Virus record (IMG/VR): IMGVR_UViG_3300027996_003878
Source of the DNA: a virus
Lineage: Duplodnaviria; Caudoviricetes
DNA: 64,000 nt
Reading direction: 5' to 3' (one strand)
The notes under the pieces were generated by a model. It made no database searches and was not told where the DNA came from. It saw only the letters and a program-made list of their open reading frames with translations. A program made the position numbers and the translations under genes. Positions 53,985 through 63,847 of the stretch are shown one piece after another; the stretch's first letter is position 1; each line of letters starts with the position of its first letter.

Positions 53985-54608
53985 TTACAAGATATGAGAA
54001 TATCTCCTTAAAAGAAGTTTACGAAACGCGACTCCAGCTAACTTATTTTGATCTTTAGACTCTAAGTCTGCGATTAAACAAGAAGTATTAAAAGACTCTA
54101 TAAATTCATCTTTTTCATTAAAATGACCAACTTCATGTTCTAAAAATTTACGAAATCCTTCACGCTCTTGCTCGCTCATGTTTTTACAAATATAAACAAT
54201 ATCGCTATTATCTTTTGCCCTGGTAGATGCAAGTTTTAAGTACAATAATTGATTCCTACCGAGAACGGGAAGGCCTAGAAAGCTTCCCCTATCTTTATAA
54301 AAAAAATCTTCGTGAGGTTCTGAAAAAATAAAATCAACATCAGCATCATTAAAGATTGTTGTAATTCCATCACGACCAGGCATTGAAAGTGGCCGAGTGT
54401 CAAAAAGCTCCTCTAATTTGCTTCTTGATGAGGCAGGTACAATAAAATCAATATCGCCTGTATCTCGTGGACTTGACCAGCGCGCAACCGCTATCCCGCC
54501 GATAACTGCATAGTTAATATTGTTCTCATTTAAAATGTCAATGATGCCCTTGCCAACCTCTGGAAGGTCTTTGAGAATTCTTTGGGCCTTTAATTCATTG
54601 TTATTCAT
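53985..54608 (-). CDS. Pol-beta-superfamily nucleotidyltransferase (MNT/AbiEii-like)
   Basis: YAVIGGIAV...PRDTGDIDFIV...YLKLASTRAKDNSDI. Confidence 0.85.
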   Translation of the reverse strand: MNNNELKAQRILKDLPEVGKGIIDILNENNINYAVIGGIAVARWSSPRDTGDIDFIVPASSRSKLEELFDTRPLSMPGRDGITTIFNDADVDFIFSEPHEDFFYKDRGSFLGLPVLGRNQLLYLKLASTRAKDNSDIVYICKNMSEQEREGFRKFLEHEVGHFNEKDEFIESFNTSCLIADLESKDQNKLAGVAFRKLLLRRYSHIL

Positions 54609-54715
54609 AATACCTCAGAACTATAACCATTAATAGTGGTCATATCAATTAGTTTTTTTTTGTAAGTTTACGTATTAAATAGCATTTTAATATATCATTA
54701 GCTAAATTAAAAAAA

Positions 54716-55042
54716 ATGAAATATTTAATTAATTTGTTTAAGTGGATTAAGCGCAAAATTAAGCACAAATTAAGCCATTTGTCTTGGAATTATGTGAAAG
54801 AAACATTCAAGAAGCACGGGCTTGCCCTCGTTGTTATTTTTATAATATGGGAATTATTGGAAGATGTATTTTTTCCTGTCCTTTTTATTTGGCTGGGAAA
54901 AAATATTAATCCATGGTTTTATACTGGAGCACCGCTAAGTTGGCTTCTTTGCCTGCACCCAATCGCAGTACCGCTGATTTGGGGGTTTTGGATTAAAATT
55001 TCTGGAAGTAAAGATCAAGTTAGCAATTTACATAAACATTGA
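54716..55042 (+). CDS. Small membrane protein
   Basis: Two to three hydrophobic segments. Confidence 0.65.
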   Translation: MKYLINLFKWIKRKIKHKLSHLSWNYVKETFKKHGLALVVIFIIWELLEDVFFPVLFIWLGKNINPWFYTGAPLSWLLCLHPIAVPLIWGFWIKISGSKDQVSNLHKH

Positions 55043-55518
55043 AATAAAGGCTCAGCATCTCTTGAGCCTCTTAATTTTTTTTCAAATAGCGGGTGCTCTT
55101 GACGGTACATTTCTAAAATTTTAGTATTTTTTGTAGATGATGCATGCCTAACATTTGCTAAGCGATCAGATGCCTTAATCAAAACTGCGCCTGGCACTAG
55201 AGGAATGAGCTTGTACGGCCTAGCTTTACGCTCCTCTCGGGTGTCTCCGGGGCCATCGGATACGGCATCTACAAGACTCGCAACACGTTCGCCAAAAAAG
55301 CCGTACAAATCAAAATAGGTCGCTTGGGTGTCTTCAATCACATCATGCAATAGACCTGCTCTTAATAAATCTCTATCGTGAATGTTAAATTCGATCATAA
55401 CATTGATAACATCAATCAAATGACAAATATAAGGTTTATCTCCATACATTTGATCGCCATGGCACTTAGTGGCAAATTTATACGCAGAAGTTAAAAACAA
55501 AGGAACATGATAAGTCAT
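55015..55518 (-). CDS. HD-domain hydrolase, RelA/SpoT small-alarmone-hydrolase (Mesh1-like) type
   Basis: FA..CH..Q...PYI.H..V, LLHDVIEDT, VASLVDAVSD, IKASDRLAN. Confidence 0.9.
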   Translation of the reverse strand: MTYHVPLFLTSAYKFATKCHGDQMYGDKPYICHLIDVINVMIEFNIHDRDLLRAGLLHDVIEDTQATYFDLYGFFGERVASLVDAVSDGPGDTREERKARPYKLIPLVPGAVLIKASDRLANVRHASSTKNTKILEMYRQEHPLFEKKLRGSRDAEPLFQCLCKLLT

Positions 55519-55528
55519 ACTTTATTTT

Positions 55529-55756
55529 TTAACTTTTTTTATCTTTTGCTATCGAAGAATTGCTCATTCCAAGCTGAAAACGTATCTCCCTTACACCTAT
55601 TAACGTCCAATGAGAAAATGAAAGCGACGTCTTACCTCTAATCTTTAAAATAATCCATTGAAATGAGCTATATATAATTTTTAAATACTTAAACCTTCCT
55701 AATATTTTTTCTAACCCGCTACGTTTGCCCCAAGGCTTAATTGGATATCTTCGCAT
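55529..55756 (-). CDS. Small basic hypothetical protein
   Basis: 75 aa ORF. Confidence 0.4.
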   Translation of the reverse strand: MRRYPIKPWGKRSGLEKILGRFKYLKIIYSSFQWIILKIRGKTSLSFSHWTLIGVREIRFQLGMSNSSIAKDKKS

Positions 55757-55821
55757 TTATTTTTTTTAGAAATAAAAAAAAATAATATCGACAGCAATTT
55801 GTTGTTATATATAGCGCTACT

Positions 55822-56076
55822 ATGATTATGCTAGTTTTGCTCTTTATTTGTGCTTTAACGGTTAATCCACTCCCACCGAGCCAGCAAGATGCCAGCAGTT
55901 CTTCTGACATTAAAGGTTCTAAAGTTTCAGATATTTCCGAAGAACAATTTAAAGGAAATATGATGCCGCCCGAAGAGTATGAGGAGTACGAAGAAGATTA
56001 CTATGACGGCACTTTTTATGAATATCCTTGCGCGGAGAGAAGTCCACGAATTCCGTGCTTTGAAGAAATCGATTAG
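55822..56076 (+). CDS. Small secreted acidic protein
   Basis: Signal-like N-terminus, EEYEEYEEDYY tract. Confidence 0.55.
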   Translation: MIMLVLLFICALTVNPLPPSQQDASSSSDIKGSKVSDISEEQFKGNMMPPEEYEEYEEDYYDGTFYEYPCAERSPRIPCFEEID

Positions 56077-56088
56077 CTTAATTAGCTG

Positions 56089-56259
56089 TCAAAAAAAATC
56101 AGACGGGTTCATTTCCACTTCAGTCCATTTAAAGTCACAAGCATTGCAAGTGACTAAAATGTCCTCATCATGGGCGTAAGCTTCTAGTTTAATTTTGCTT
56201 TCACATAAATCATCGTCAAAGCATTTGGGACAGCGAAGTTGAGGTATTTCGTAATGCAT
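56089..56259 (-). CDS. Zn-ribbon microprotein (56 aa)
   Basis: Hand translation: MHYEIPQLRCPKC...VTCNACDFKW... Confidence 0.55.
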   Translation of the reverse strand: MHYEIPQLRCPKCFDDDLCESKIKLEAYAHDEDILVTCNACDFKWTEVEMNPSDFF

Positions 56260-56271
56260 GATTTTATCAAA

Positions 56272-56535
56272 TTATTTGCGATACCAAAGAAATCCGCATT
56301 GCCTACATTCACAAACATAAAGGGATAGAGAGCTTAGTTTGTAATGATTTTTATTTAAACGATCACATTGAATGCATGGGTCTTTAAATATTTTGACGGC
56401 TTTTGCCCTCGTCCCTCCGAGACAATCAGGGAGCCTTATCCAAGCCACACCGCCCTCTCCAATTAAAAGCATTGCCGGCTCTTCTTTACTTTGTAGCACC
56501 GAGCTTTCAGGGCGTTTGATGAAGGTTTCAATCAT
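56272..56535 (-). CDS. Zn-ribbon protein, paralogue of 56584
   Basis: LP..L.G...CIQC...H.KL...VCECRQCGFLWY. Confidence 0.7.
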   Translation of the reverse strand: MIETFIKRPESSVLQSKEEPAMLLIGEGGVAWIRLPDCLGGTRAKAVKIFKDPCIQCDRLNKNHYKLSSLSLYVCECRQCGFLWYRK

Positions 56536-56583
56536 TTACTGGTAATCTTTCTTTTTATTTTAGATTTGTTAAAACAGTTTTTA

Positions 56584-56811
56584 TTAATCTAGATATCTCA
56601 AATACCAAACATATCCATCACATATTTTGCACTTACAAACGCAGACCATCGAGCCTTGGTAGTTAAAGTCGAGCTTTAAATGATCTTTTAACTCCCCATC
56701 CAGACATATTGGGCACTCCTCTCGAACTAAGGCAAGAACAGTTACCAAAGTGCCGCCCCCGCCGGTTAGTTCCTTTGGCAGGGATATAGTGTAACCATCA
56801 CCTAATTCCAT
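56584..56811 (-). CDS. Zn-ribbon protein, paralogue of 56272
   Basis: LP.EL.G...CPIC...HLKL...VCKCKICDGYVWY. Confidence 0.7.
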   Translation of the reverse strand: MELGDGYTISLPKELTGGGGTLVTVLALVREECPICLDGELKDHLKLDFNYQGSMVCVCKCKICDGYVWYLRYLD

Positions 56812-56855
56812 GTAAATATGGAAAAAAAGTAATATAAATTATTTTTTAATTCACC

Positions 56856-57092
56856 TCATTCTTCTTGAATGCTTACCCATCCGCCTTCATAAAGATCAAT
56901 GGCAGTCCGTTGATAAGAACCCTGCAACTTCCAGACAATGCCAGTGTCAATTAATTCTTGAAAAAAATCTACAACATCTTCAAAATGCTCTTCAAAACTC
57001 ATCTTGCCTGATTCAAAATCTCTAATTTTTGTAATAATGCTTTTGTTAATCATTTTGCCTCCTGTAATTTGGTATAATACCATTATAACCAC
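56856..57092 (-). CDS. Small phage hypothetical protein (start probably MINKS)
   Basis: FFQELIDTGIVWKLQGSYQRTA pattern common in phages. Confidence 0.65.
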   Translation of the reverse strand: MVIMVLYQITGGKMINKSIITKIRDFESGKMSFEEHFEDVVDFFQELIDTGIVWKLQGSYQRTAIDLYEGGWVSIQEE

Positions 57093-57109
57093 ACAGCGCG
57101 ATAAGTCAA
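57082..57109 (-). promoter_or_regulatory. Sigma70-type promoter
   Basis: TTGACT-N16-TATAAT. Confidence 0.7.
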
Positions 57110-57258
57110 GTAAATTCCATTGCGATATTACTTTTTAGAAAAGTTTCGATGTTATTAAAAAACAACAGTGCTTAGAGCATGATTGTTTTTTTTCTTTTAG
57201 AGCAATTTTTAATGTATTTTGAGATGATATATAATGTTTTGCTTGTAGGGGAATTATT

Positions 57259-57930
57259 TTGAAAAATAATGTTTTAATATTTGGACTAAGCGATTCGAGT
57301 TCATTAGCGCATTTTTACTTTAATAACGATTCTGATTATAATGTAATTGGCTTTACGGTATCAGGCGAGTACCTTCCTGAAGACGGCTTGTTTGAAGGAA
57401 AGCCCGTATATGATTGGGATAATATAAATAAGCATGAAGAGCTAAATCCTAATAGTACAAAATTATTTGCTCCACTTTATCACAACGGTATGAACTCTTT
57501 TAGAGAGCTTATTTATAATAAAGGAAAAGAGCAAGGTTATTCTTTTGCTTCGTATATTAGCTCAAAGGCAACTGTCTGGCAACCTAATCTAATTGGTGAA
57601 AACTGTTTCATCTTAGAGGATAACACAATTCAGCCTTATACTAGGATTGGTAATAACTGCGTTTTATGGAGCGGCAATCATATAGGTCATCATAGTGAAG
57701 TTAAAGATCACAATTATTTTACATCTCATGTTGTTCTATCAGGTCATTGTGTTGTTGAGCCTTATTGTTTTTTAGGCGTTAACTCAACAATTCGTAATGG
57801 CATAACAATTGCCAAAGGATCACTAATTGCAATGGGCGCAGCTGTGACAAAAAGCACCGAGCCTTGGGGTGTTTATAAAGGAACTCCGGCAAAAAAGGGC
57901 AAAGTTCTTAGCAAAGATTTAAAGTTTTAA
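57259..57930 (+). CDS. Sugar O/N-acyltransferase (NeuD/PglD-like hexapeptide repeat)
   Basis: IGENCFILEDNTIQP...IGNNCVLWSGNHIGHHS left-handed beta-helix repeats. Confidence 0.9.
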   Translation: MKNNVLIFGLSDSSSLAHFYFNNDSDYNVIGFTVSGEYLPEDGLFEGKPVYDWDNINKHEELNPNSTKLFAPLYHNGMNSFRELIYNKGKEQGYSFASYISSKATVWQPNLIGENCFILEDNTIQPYTRIGNNCVLWSGNHIGHHSEVKDHNYFTSHVVLSGHCVVEPYCFLGVNSTIRNGITIAKGSLIAMGAAVTKSTEPWGVYKGTPAKKGKVLSKDLKF

Positions 57931-58859
57931 TGCAAAAGTGGCAAAAAAAAGGATTAATATATTGCACGGATGGGAGTGCTTTATGGAGCAGAAGTCACGC
58001 GCAGGTTCCTGTCGTTTTGGATATGCCAAGCTGTTGGCGAATTTATTATGCGACAAGAAATGAGGCAGGGCAAAGTAGTATTTCTTTTATTGATGTAACG
58101 AAGGGGCGTCCAGAGAATATATTATATTGTCACTCAAAGCCTGTTTTTGAGTCAGGCAAAATCGGCGCTTTTGATGACTGTGGCGTCATGCCGTCATCTT
58201 TCATACAAAAAGATGATAAAATATTTATGTACTATATAGGCTGGTCGGTTAGGAGTACTATTCCATATCACAATTCAATTGGACTGGCCGTTAGCTCTGA
58301 AGGTAATAGTTTCAAGCGAGTTTTTGAGGGTCCCATAGTTGCTCCAAACCATTTGGAGCCTTACTTCACCGGCACATCTTGGGTTATGAATGATGAGGGT
58401 GTGTTTAGAATGTGGTACTTGTCTTGTACCAGGTGGGACTGCACAGATAGTGGTAAATATGAGCCAGCTTATCATATAAAATATGCAGAGTCTAAGGATG
58501 GTATAACTTGGACTAGAGAGGGGGCAGTGGCTATTGATTATAAAGAAAATGAAATGGCAATTGCGAATGCTTGTGTAATTAAGGAATTAAGTCTATACAA
58601 AATGTGGTATTGTTATAGAGGAGGGGCGGATTACCGAACTAACCCCAATACAAGTTATAAAATTGGCTATGCAGAATCTGTAAATGCAAAAGAGTGGTTG
58701 AGAAAAGATGAAGAGGTTGATCTGTCTACCTCACACGACGGCTGGGACTCAACGATGTTAGCTTATCCTAATGTCATAAAGCATGATGGTAAACTTTACT
58801 TATTTTACAATGGTAATGGATTTGGAAAATCCGGCTTTGGGTACGCTATTTTAAATTAA
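57930..58859 (+). CDS. Five-bladed beta-propeller glycosidase-like protein (GH32/43/130-like)
   Basis: Repeated WRIYY, FDDCGV, YMYYIGW, IGLAVS, YAESKDGITW, YP.VI blades. Confidence 0.8.
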   Translation: MQKWQKKGLIYCTDGSALWSRSHAQVPVVLDMPSCWRIYYATRNEAGQSSISFIDVTKGRPENILYCHSKPVFESGKIGAFDDCGVMPSSFIQKDDKIFMYYIGWSVRSTIPYHNSIGLAVSSEGNSFKRVFEGPIVAPNHLEPYFTGTSWVMNDEGVFRMWYLSCTRWDCTDSGKYEPAYHIKYAESKDGITWTREGAVAIDYKENEMAIANACVIKELSLYKMWYCYRGGADYRTNPNTSYKIGYAESVNAKEWLRKDEEVDLSTSHDGWDSTMLAYPNVIKHDGKLYLFYNGNGFGKSGFGYAILN

Positions 58860-58933
58860 ATTAATGAGCAAAAAAATTAAACACGCTAATAGTTTAAAAA
58901 TTAGAACGAGTAATAGAACGTAGGGGTTTTCCT

Positions 58934-59716
58934 GTGAGTAACGAAAAACAGGCGTTTAACAGAGATGGTTTTTTGCTTAAAAAAAATTTTTTAAGCAAAA
59001 CTAATGTAAAAACAATTTTAAAATCTGCTAAGTCAGTTTTCAAACCGCACCTATCGCCAGAATTAACATTTAAAGACGGCATGGTTAGGCTATTTAACGA
59101 AGATTTAAATGCCTTTATTAACTGTGGTAAAATTTGCCAACATACCGTTGATCTTCACAAGCTATGCGTTAGCGATAAGATGATGTCGCAAATTAAAAAA
59201 CTAGGAATTGAAAGTCCTGTCATATGCACAAGGCCTGTGTTGTTTTTCAATTCAAGATCCCTAGCAAAGTCAGAAGTGTATTACAAAACGCCTCCTCATC
59301 AAGATTGGCGCAGCATGCAAGGGTCACTAAATGCCATTGTAGTGTGGGTGCCATTAGTCGATATAAACATAGACTTAGGCGCTTTAGAAGTTATACCTGG
59401 AAGTCATAAGTGGGGGTTAGTGGCGGGTGATCTCGAAAACGGGTTTGGAACTTGTAAAGATGTATCCGACGATCAATTTACTAGTATTAAAGTAGAGGCG
59501 GGCGATGTGTTGTTTTTTTCAGCATTCTTGGTGCATCGATCTGGAAACAACGTTACAGAGCGTATAAGGTGGTCATGTCACTTTAGATATAATGATTTAA
59601 ATGAAGCAACATTTAAAGATAGAAAATACCCTTGTCCATATAAATATGGCCCACAACCAGAGCTTATAACGCCTAACTTTCCAAACAAAGAATTACTATT
59701 GGAGCAATTTAAATGA
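58934..59716 (+). CDS. PhyH-family 2OG-Fe(II) dioxygenase
   Basis: PPHQDW, WVPLVD...GALEVIPGSH, GDVLFFS.FLVHRSG.N...R. Confidence 0.9.
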   Translation: MSNEKQAFNRDGFLLKKNFLSKTNVKTILKSAKSVFKPHLSPELTFKDGMVRLFNEDLNAFINCGKICQHTVDLHKLCVSDKMMSQIKKLGIESPVICTRPVLFFNSRSLAKSEVYYKTPPHQDWRSMQGSLNAIVVWVPLVDINIDLGALEVIPGSHKWGLVAGDLENGFGTCKDVSDDQFTSIKVEAGDVLFFSAFLVHRSGNNVTERIRWSCHFRYNDLNEATFKDRKYPCPYKYGPQPELITPNFPNKELLLEQFK

Positions 59717-60420
59717 GCAGAGATACAGTCAAAAGAAATGTCAGAGGAATAAATCTAACACTATTGGCAAGCACAGGTCCTCTAATTAAATTCTCTAAAA
59801 TGGACAAAGAAATAGAAGTCTTAGATTTTATAGATCAAATAAAGGCAGGAGAGGTTCTTTATGACTTAGGCTCTTGTGATGGTAGATTTGCTGTCTATGC
59901 AGCTAGTAAAAAAATATTATGTTATGCCTTTGAGCCTGAGCAAAAGAATTATGGTGTACTTGTAAAAAACTTACAGCTAAATAAAGTTGGAAGCCATTTA
60001 AAGCCATTTCAATTAGCTGTAGGAGAGTACGATCATGAATCTCAAATTATTATTGGCGGAGCTGGCGCAGCTGGGGGTCACCAAAGAATAGTGGCAGATG
60101 CAGAAGGAGGTCGGGACGATTTAAAGATAAAGGGACAAAAGGACAAAATAAAAGTTGTCTCTTTAGATAGCGCTATAAAGAAACACAATCTAAAGAAGCC
60201 AGATTATCTTAAAATAGATATAGACGGCTCTGAGCTTTCATTTATCAAAGGGGCTGACAGTACGTTTGCCGACAAACAGCTTAAAAAAATAATTTTCGAA
60301 CTTAATCCGAATGATTCGAGCTATAATACAATTATTAAGTTTTTAAATAAGCATGGATTTATTGAAAGCTCTAGATACAAAGTGAATCAATGGTTATTTA
60401 ATATAATCTTTTCAAGATAA
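59713..60420 (+). CDS. FkbM-family methyltransferase
   Basis: YDLGSCDG, YAFEP, LDS, YLKIDIDGSE. Confidence 0.88.
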   Translation: MSRDTVKRNVRGINLTLLASTGPLIKFSKMDKEIEVLDFIDQIKAGEVLYDLGSCDGRFAVYAASKKILCYAFEPEQKNYGVLVKNLQLNKVGSHLKPFQLAVGEYDHESQIIIGGAGAAGGHQRIVADAEGGRDDLKIKGQKDKIKVVSLDSAIKKHNLKKPDYLKIDIDGSELSFIKGADSTFADKQLKKIIFELNPNDSSYNTIIKFLNKHGFIESSRYKVNQWLFNIIFSR

Positions 60421-61092
60421 AGTATATTCATGCAAATAACTTTGAATTGATTCCTTCTTACAGTGCATAAGAATATCAATTATTGATAAGGATTGATTCT
60501 CATAATCAATCTTTTTCATTTGTATAAAATTTAACTTTATACCTTGCCTTTCAAAGATATCATAGTCATAAAGATCCCTTCCACCCGTGGGGTTTATATA
60601 ATGACTGGCAGATGAATCTTTACATATTTTTAATATGCGTTGCTGACCTCGAAGGTCACTTGTATTGTAATCCTGAGAGCTGTCTATAAGATTAGTATTT
60701 ATTTCAAGATATTTACATATATTACCAATACCCTTTTTACAAATTTCAGAAAGATAGGAAGTATTAGTTTCTAGTGCGTCTTTAACGAGGGCATTAACCG
60801 CTTCAAAATTTATTGCAGATCCATAGGCGTGACGTAATGTTTTCAATAATTTATTACGCCACTTTTCATCAGCAACAATTTTTACTTCATTTATCTTTTG
60901 AAACTGACTGGATTTGCTGGTTGAGGCTCCAAAGTATATGATGCCCGATTTAGTCATAATTCTATTTCTATGAATCCAACCTCTTTTTATATAATTTACA
61001 TTATCTAAGAATATAAATTGATCAACGGCATGAATAAGCTGAAAATACCCTAAATAAGGAAAAAAGTAAGGCTGCATAATAGCTGTTTTCAT
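60412..61092 (-). CDS. WbqC-family protein
   Basis: AIMQPYFFPYLGYFQLI..VD.FIFLDNVNY.KRGWI.RN, YINP.GG..LY, LSIID. Confidence 0.92.
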   Translation of the reverse strand: MKTAIMQPYFFPYLGYFQLIHAVDQFIFLDNVNYIKRGWIHRNRIMTKSGIIYFGASTSKSSQFQKINEVKIVADEKWRNKLLKTLRHAYGSAINFEAVNALVKDALETNTSYLSEICKKGIGNICKYLEINTNLIDSSQDYNTSDLRGQQRILKICKDSSASHYINPTGGRDLYDYDIFERQGIKLNFIQMKKIDYENQSLSIIDILMHCKKESIQSYLHEYTLS

Positions 61093-62126
61093 ATCATCTC
61101 TGAGTATGTGTTAATCGCATCAATAATACCGTTGACCTCATTTTCTTTCAATGAGCTATATAGTGGGAAGTTAACTATTTTATCATACAACATCATTGAA
61201 TTAGGTAGCGCTTTTAATGGTTTATAATATTTTTGGGCAATGATACTAAAAGATTTAAAAGAGTTATGATCTGTTTTGTCTAAAAATATAATCGGTAAGT
61301 TTCCATAAACTACCTCGGACGTGTAACCTAAAGGGCGAGCTTTATTTTTATCTTTTATGCCGTCAAGTATTACATTTTGAATCTCTATATGTTTATCTAA
61401 ATCATAATTATCTATGTGCTGAATAATAAATGCAGCTGAAATATCAGACATTTTAAAATTTGAAGATAATTTATCATGCTCTCTGGCGTCATAAAATCCA
61501 AAATTGGCAATTGCGTTTAAGGCATTGTAATCTTCTTTGGGGGCGACAGCGAAACCGCCCTCACCAAAGCCAAGAAACTTGGTATGGTGGAGGCTGCCGA
61601 AAGAATAATTTCCAAAATTACATATATTAACGCCATTTATTGCGCTCATAGGGGAGCTTGCATTGTCTAGTATCAAAAACTTATTATTAGCTCTGCAAAA
61701 GTCCTCCCATGCTTTTAGGTCACTTGTAGCTCCAAAGAGATTGGTAATTATTACTCCAGATACATCTTTCAACAATAGCTCGTCCATCGGCAATGTAAAT
61801 GTTCCTTGGTCGATATCACAAATAGAAACATCTGCTATTCCCTCCCCTCCTACTACCGCAGAGGGGAAAGTGAATGCGGGGGTAATCCATTTCGTTGCAT
61901 TGTACTTCTTTCTACATAGAAACATAATTGCATGAAGCGCTGTTGTCCCATTATTAAAACATACAACTTTTTTATCACAAGAAATATTTAAGAGCTTTGC
62001 AAGCTTCTTTTCCAGTGACCCCTTGACTGGACCATTATTTGTAAAATGATTTAATGCTTGAGATATTGATAATAAATCTTTTACTTTTTCATAGTCTATA
62101 GCTTTGCTTTCTATATAATTAATCAT
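61089..62126 (-). CDS. DegT/DnrJ/EryC1/StrS-family sugar aminotransferase
   Basis: NNGTTALH, FTFPS, SLHHTK (PLP Lys), GEGG, NFKMSDISAA. Confidence 0.9.
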   Translation of the reverse strand: MINYIESKAIDYEKVKDLLSISQALNHFTNNGPVKGSLEKKLAKLLNISCDKKVVCFNNGTTALHAIMFLCRKKYNATKWITPAFTFPSAVVGGEGIADVSICDIDQGTFTLPMDELLLKDVSGVIITNLFGATSDLKAWEDFCRANNKFLILDNASSPMSAINGVNICNFGNYSFGSLHHTKFLGFGEGGFAVAPKEDYNALNAIANFGFYDAREHDKLSSNFKMSDISAAFIIQHIDNYDLDKHIEIQNVILDGIKDKNKARPLGYTSEVVYGNLPIIFLDKTDHNSFKSFSIIAQKYYKPLKALPNSMMLYDKIVNFPLYSSLKENEVNGIIDAINTYSEMI

Positions 62127-62129
62127 TCT

Positions 62130-63098
62130 ATGGTTATATATATCAAGTTGATAGGTATAACGGCGTATAATTTAAGTATGTCAAAAGATCGATTTATTAA
62201 AAGATTCCCGCTATTTAAAGGCTCCTCGTTAGAGGTTGGCCGTCCGACAATTGATTATTTTATAAATCGCATAAAGAATAAAGATTATTTTTCTTTAGTT
62301 AGATTTCAAATTGAATATTGGAAAATGGTTCGTATCGCCCTACAGTCGATGGGTTACCCCGGTCTTTCGGCTCCTAAGATTTTAAAAAAGGACTCACAAT
62401 TTGCTGAAAAGCTTGGCTCTGCAATGTTGCGTACATTTGATAATGTTCAGGAGGTAAATGGAGATAGGCCTTGGGAATTTAGCGAGCGAGTATTTGCAGA
62501 TCATATCAAAATGATAATATCAAATAAGCCAAATAATTTCTTCTTATCTGTTAGCGACAAATCTGTTTATTTGAAAGATAATACGCCGGATGTAGGTAAT
62601 AAATGGATGGCTGATCTTATAAAGGAACTGATACCTGATAGTGAGGTGCCTCTTTTATCAACTATATGGCGAAGATGGGCTCAAAATGGTGAAATACAAC
62701 GACTTATGGATCTTTGCAAAGACAGGGCGGTTGTAGTTGTAGGCCCTTACTATTATGAAAAGTTTGGTAAAAAATTAGGTTTCAACAATTGTCATTACGT
62801 AAGAATAGATCTTTTCAAAGCTTGCCTGCAAGTACATGAAACTTATATAAACATAAAAAAATTACATAATAAATTATTAAAAACAAATGATGATGTAATA
62901 TATTTATTTGCAGGAGGATCAGCCGGAGCATGGTTGATAGATAAACTACACAACCAGATTCCAAGAGCTTTTATGATTGAGTTTGGGAGAGCGCTTGATG
63001 TATACTTTTACAACGATCCAGTAAGGTGGAAAAGTGAAAAATGGGTTTTTGGCTATTGGATGGATAAGAGACCTCCTACTTGGCTGAAGGGTCGATAA
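62130..63098 (+). CDS. Hypothetical protein, possibly GT-D-fold glycosyltransferase-like (start may be 62178)
   Basis: FSLVRF, VVVVGP, IEFGRALD loosely resemble GT-D motifs. Confidence 0.45.
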   Translation: MVIYIKLIGITAYNLSMSKDRFIKRFPLFKGSSLEVGRPTIDYFINRIKNKDYFSLVRFQIEYWKMVRIALQSMGYPGLSAPKILKKDSQFAEKLGSAMLRTFDNVQEVNGDRPWEFSERVFADHIKMIISNKPNNFFLSVSDKSVYLKDNTPDVGNKWMADLIKELIPDSEVPLLSTIWRRWAQNGEIQRLMDLCKDRAVVVVGPYYYEKFGKKLGFNNCHYVRIDLFKACLQVHETYINIKKLHNKLLKTNDDVIYLFAGGSAGAWLIDKLHNQIPRAFMIEFGRALDVYFYNDPVRWKSEKWVFGYWMDKRPPTWLKGR

Positions 63099-63835
63099 TT
63101 TTACGTACTACTCAGCGTATTTGTTTAAAAATATTTTTATACATTTTCATCATTTTATTTCTTTTAAAACATCACATGTCAAATAAAAATAAAAGTCCGT
63201 TACCTGAAATATATAAATTTTTATCAAAAACACTACCCAAGATCTCTGCACCTGTAATATTTGAGCTGGGCCTTCATAGAGGAGTAGATACAGAAAGAAT
63301 TTTTAATTTATGTACGTCTCCTGAATACCATGGATTTGAACCTGATCCCAGAAACATCAGTGCATTCAAAAAGAAAGATATTTATACAAAAATTACATTC
63401 GTTGAGAAGGCAGTTGCGAACTATGACGGCAACGGCACTCTTAATCAGTCAAGCGGCACCCCCGAGCATCATAATAGACAGAATAACGCCTCGTCATCCC
63501 TGCACAAGCCAAAAGAACATCTAAAGCGCTGGCCTTGGGTTAAGTTTGAAACGCAGGTTGAAGCTCCGGTCTGCAAGCTAGACACTTATTGTGACACAAA
63601 TAGTATAAATAGTATAGATTTCATCTGGTGCGACATACAAGGTGGCGAGTATTACATGATTCTTGGTGCGCAAAAGATTTTAAGAAAAACAAAATATATC
63701 TTTATGGAATATGAAGATACAGCGCTTTATGAGGGCCACAAAATGCTCCCACAAATAATGAAAGCTTTACCAGGCAAATGGGAAGTCTTAAAAAAATACC
63801 CCGCAGATGTTCTTTTAAAAAATACAGAGATTTGA
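63080..63835 (+). CDS. FkbM-family methyltransferase (start probably MSNK at 63176)
   Basis: IFELG.H.G.DT, FEPDPRN, SSSL.KP, LDTY, IDFIWCDIQGGE. Confidence 0.9.
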   Translation: MAEGSIILRTTQRICLKIFLYIFIILFLLKHHMSNKNKSPLPEIYKFLSKTLPKISAPVIFELGLHRGVDTERIFNLCTSPEYHGFEPDPRNISAFKKKDIYTKITFVEKAVANYDGNGTLNQSSGTPEHHNRQNNASSSLHKPKEHLKRWPWVKFETQVEAPVCKLDTYCDTNSINSIDFIWCDIQGGEYYMILGAQKILRKTKYIFMEYEDTALYEGHKMLPQIMKALPGKWEVLKKYPADVLLKNTEI

Positions 63836-63847
63836 ATAAGAATAATA

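Noticed and set aside
802-63524. Many short ORF-track entries antisense to or nested in longer genes (e.g. 802-1074, 2999-3346, 6044-6340, 34232-34681, 38585-39361, 61663-61935)
   Set aside because: Shadow frames of well-supported genes, with no motifs or start context.
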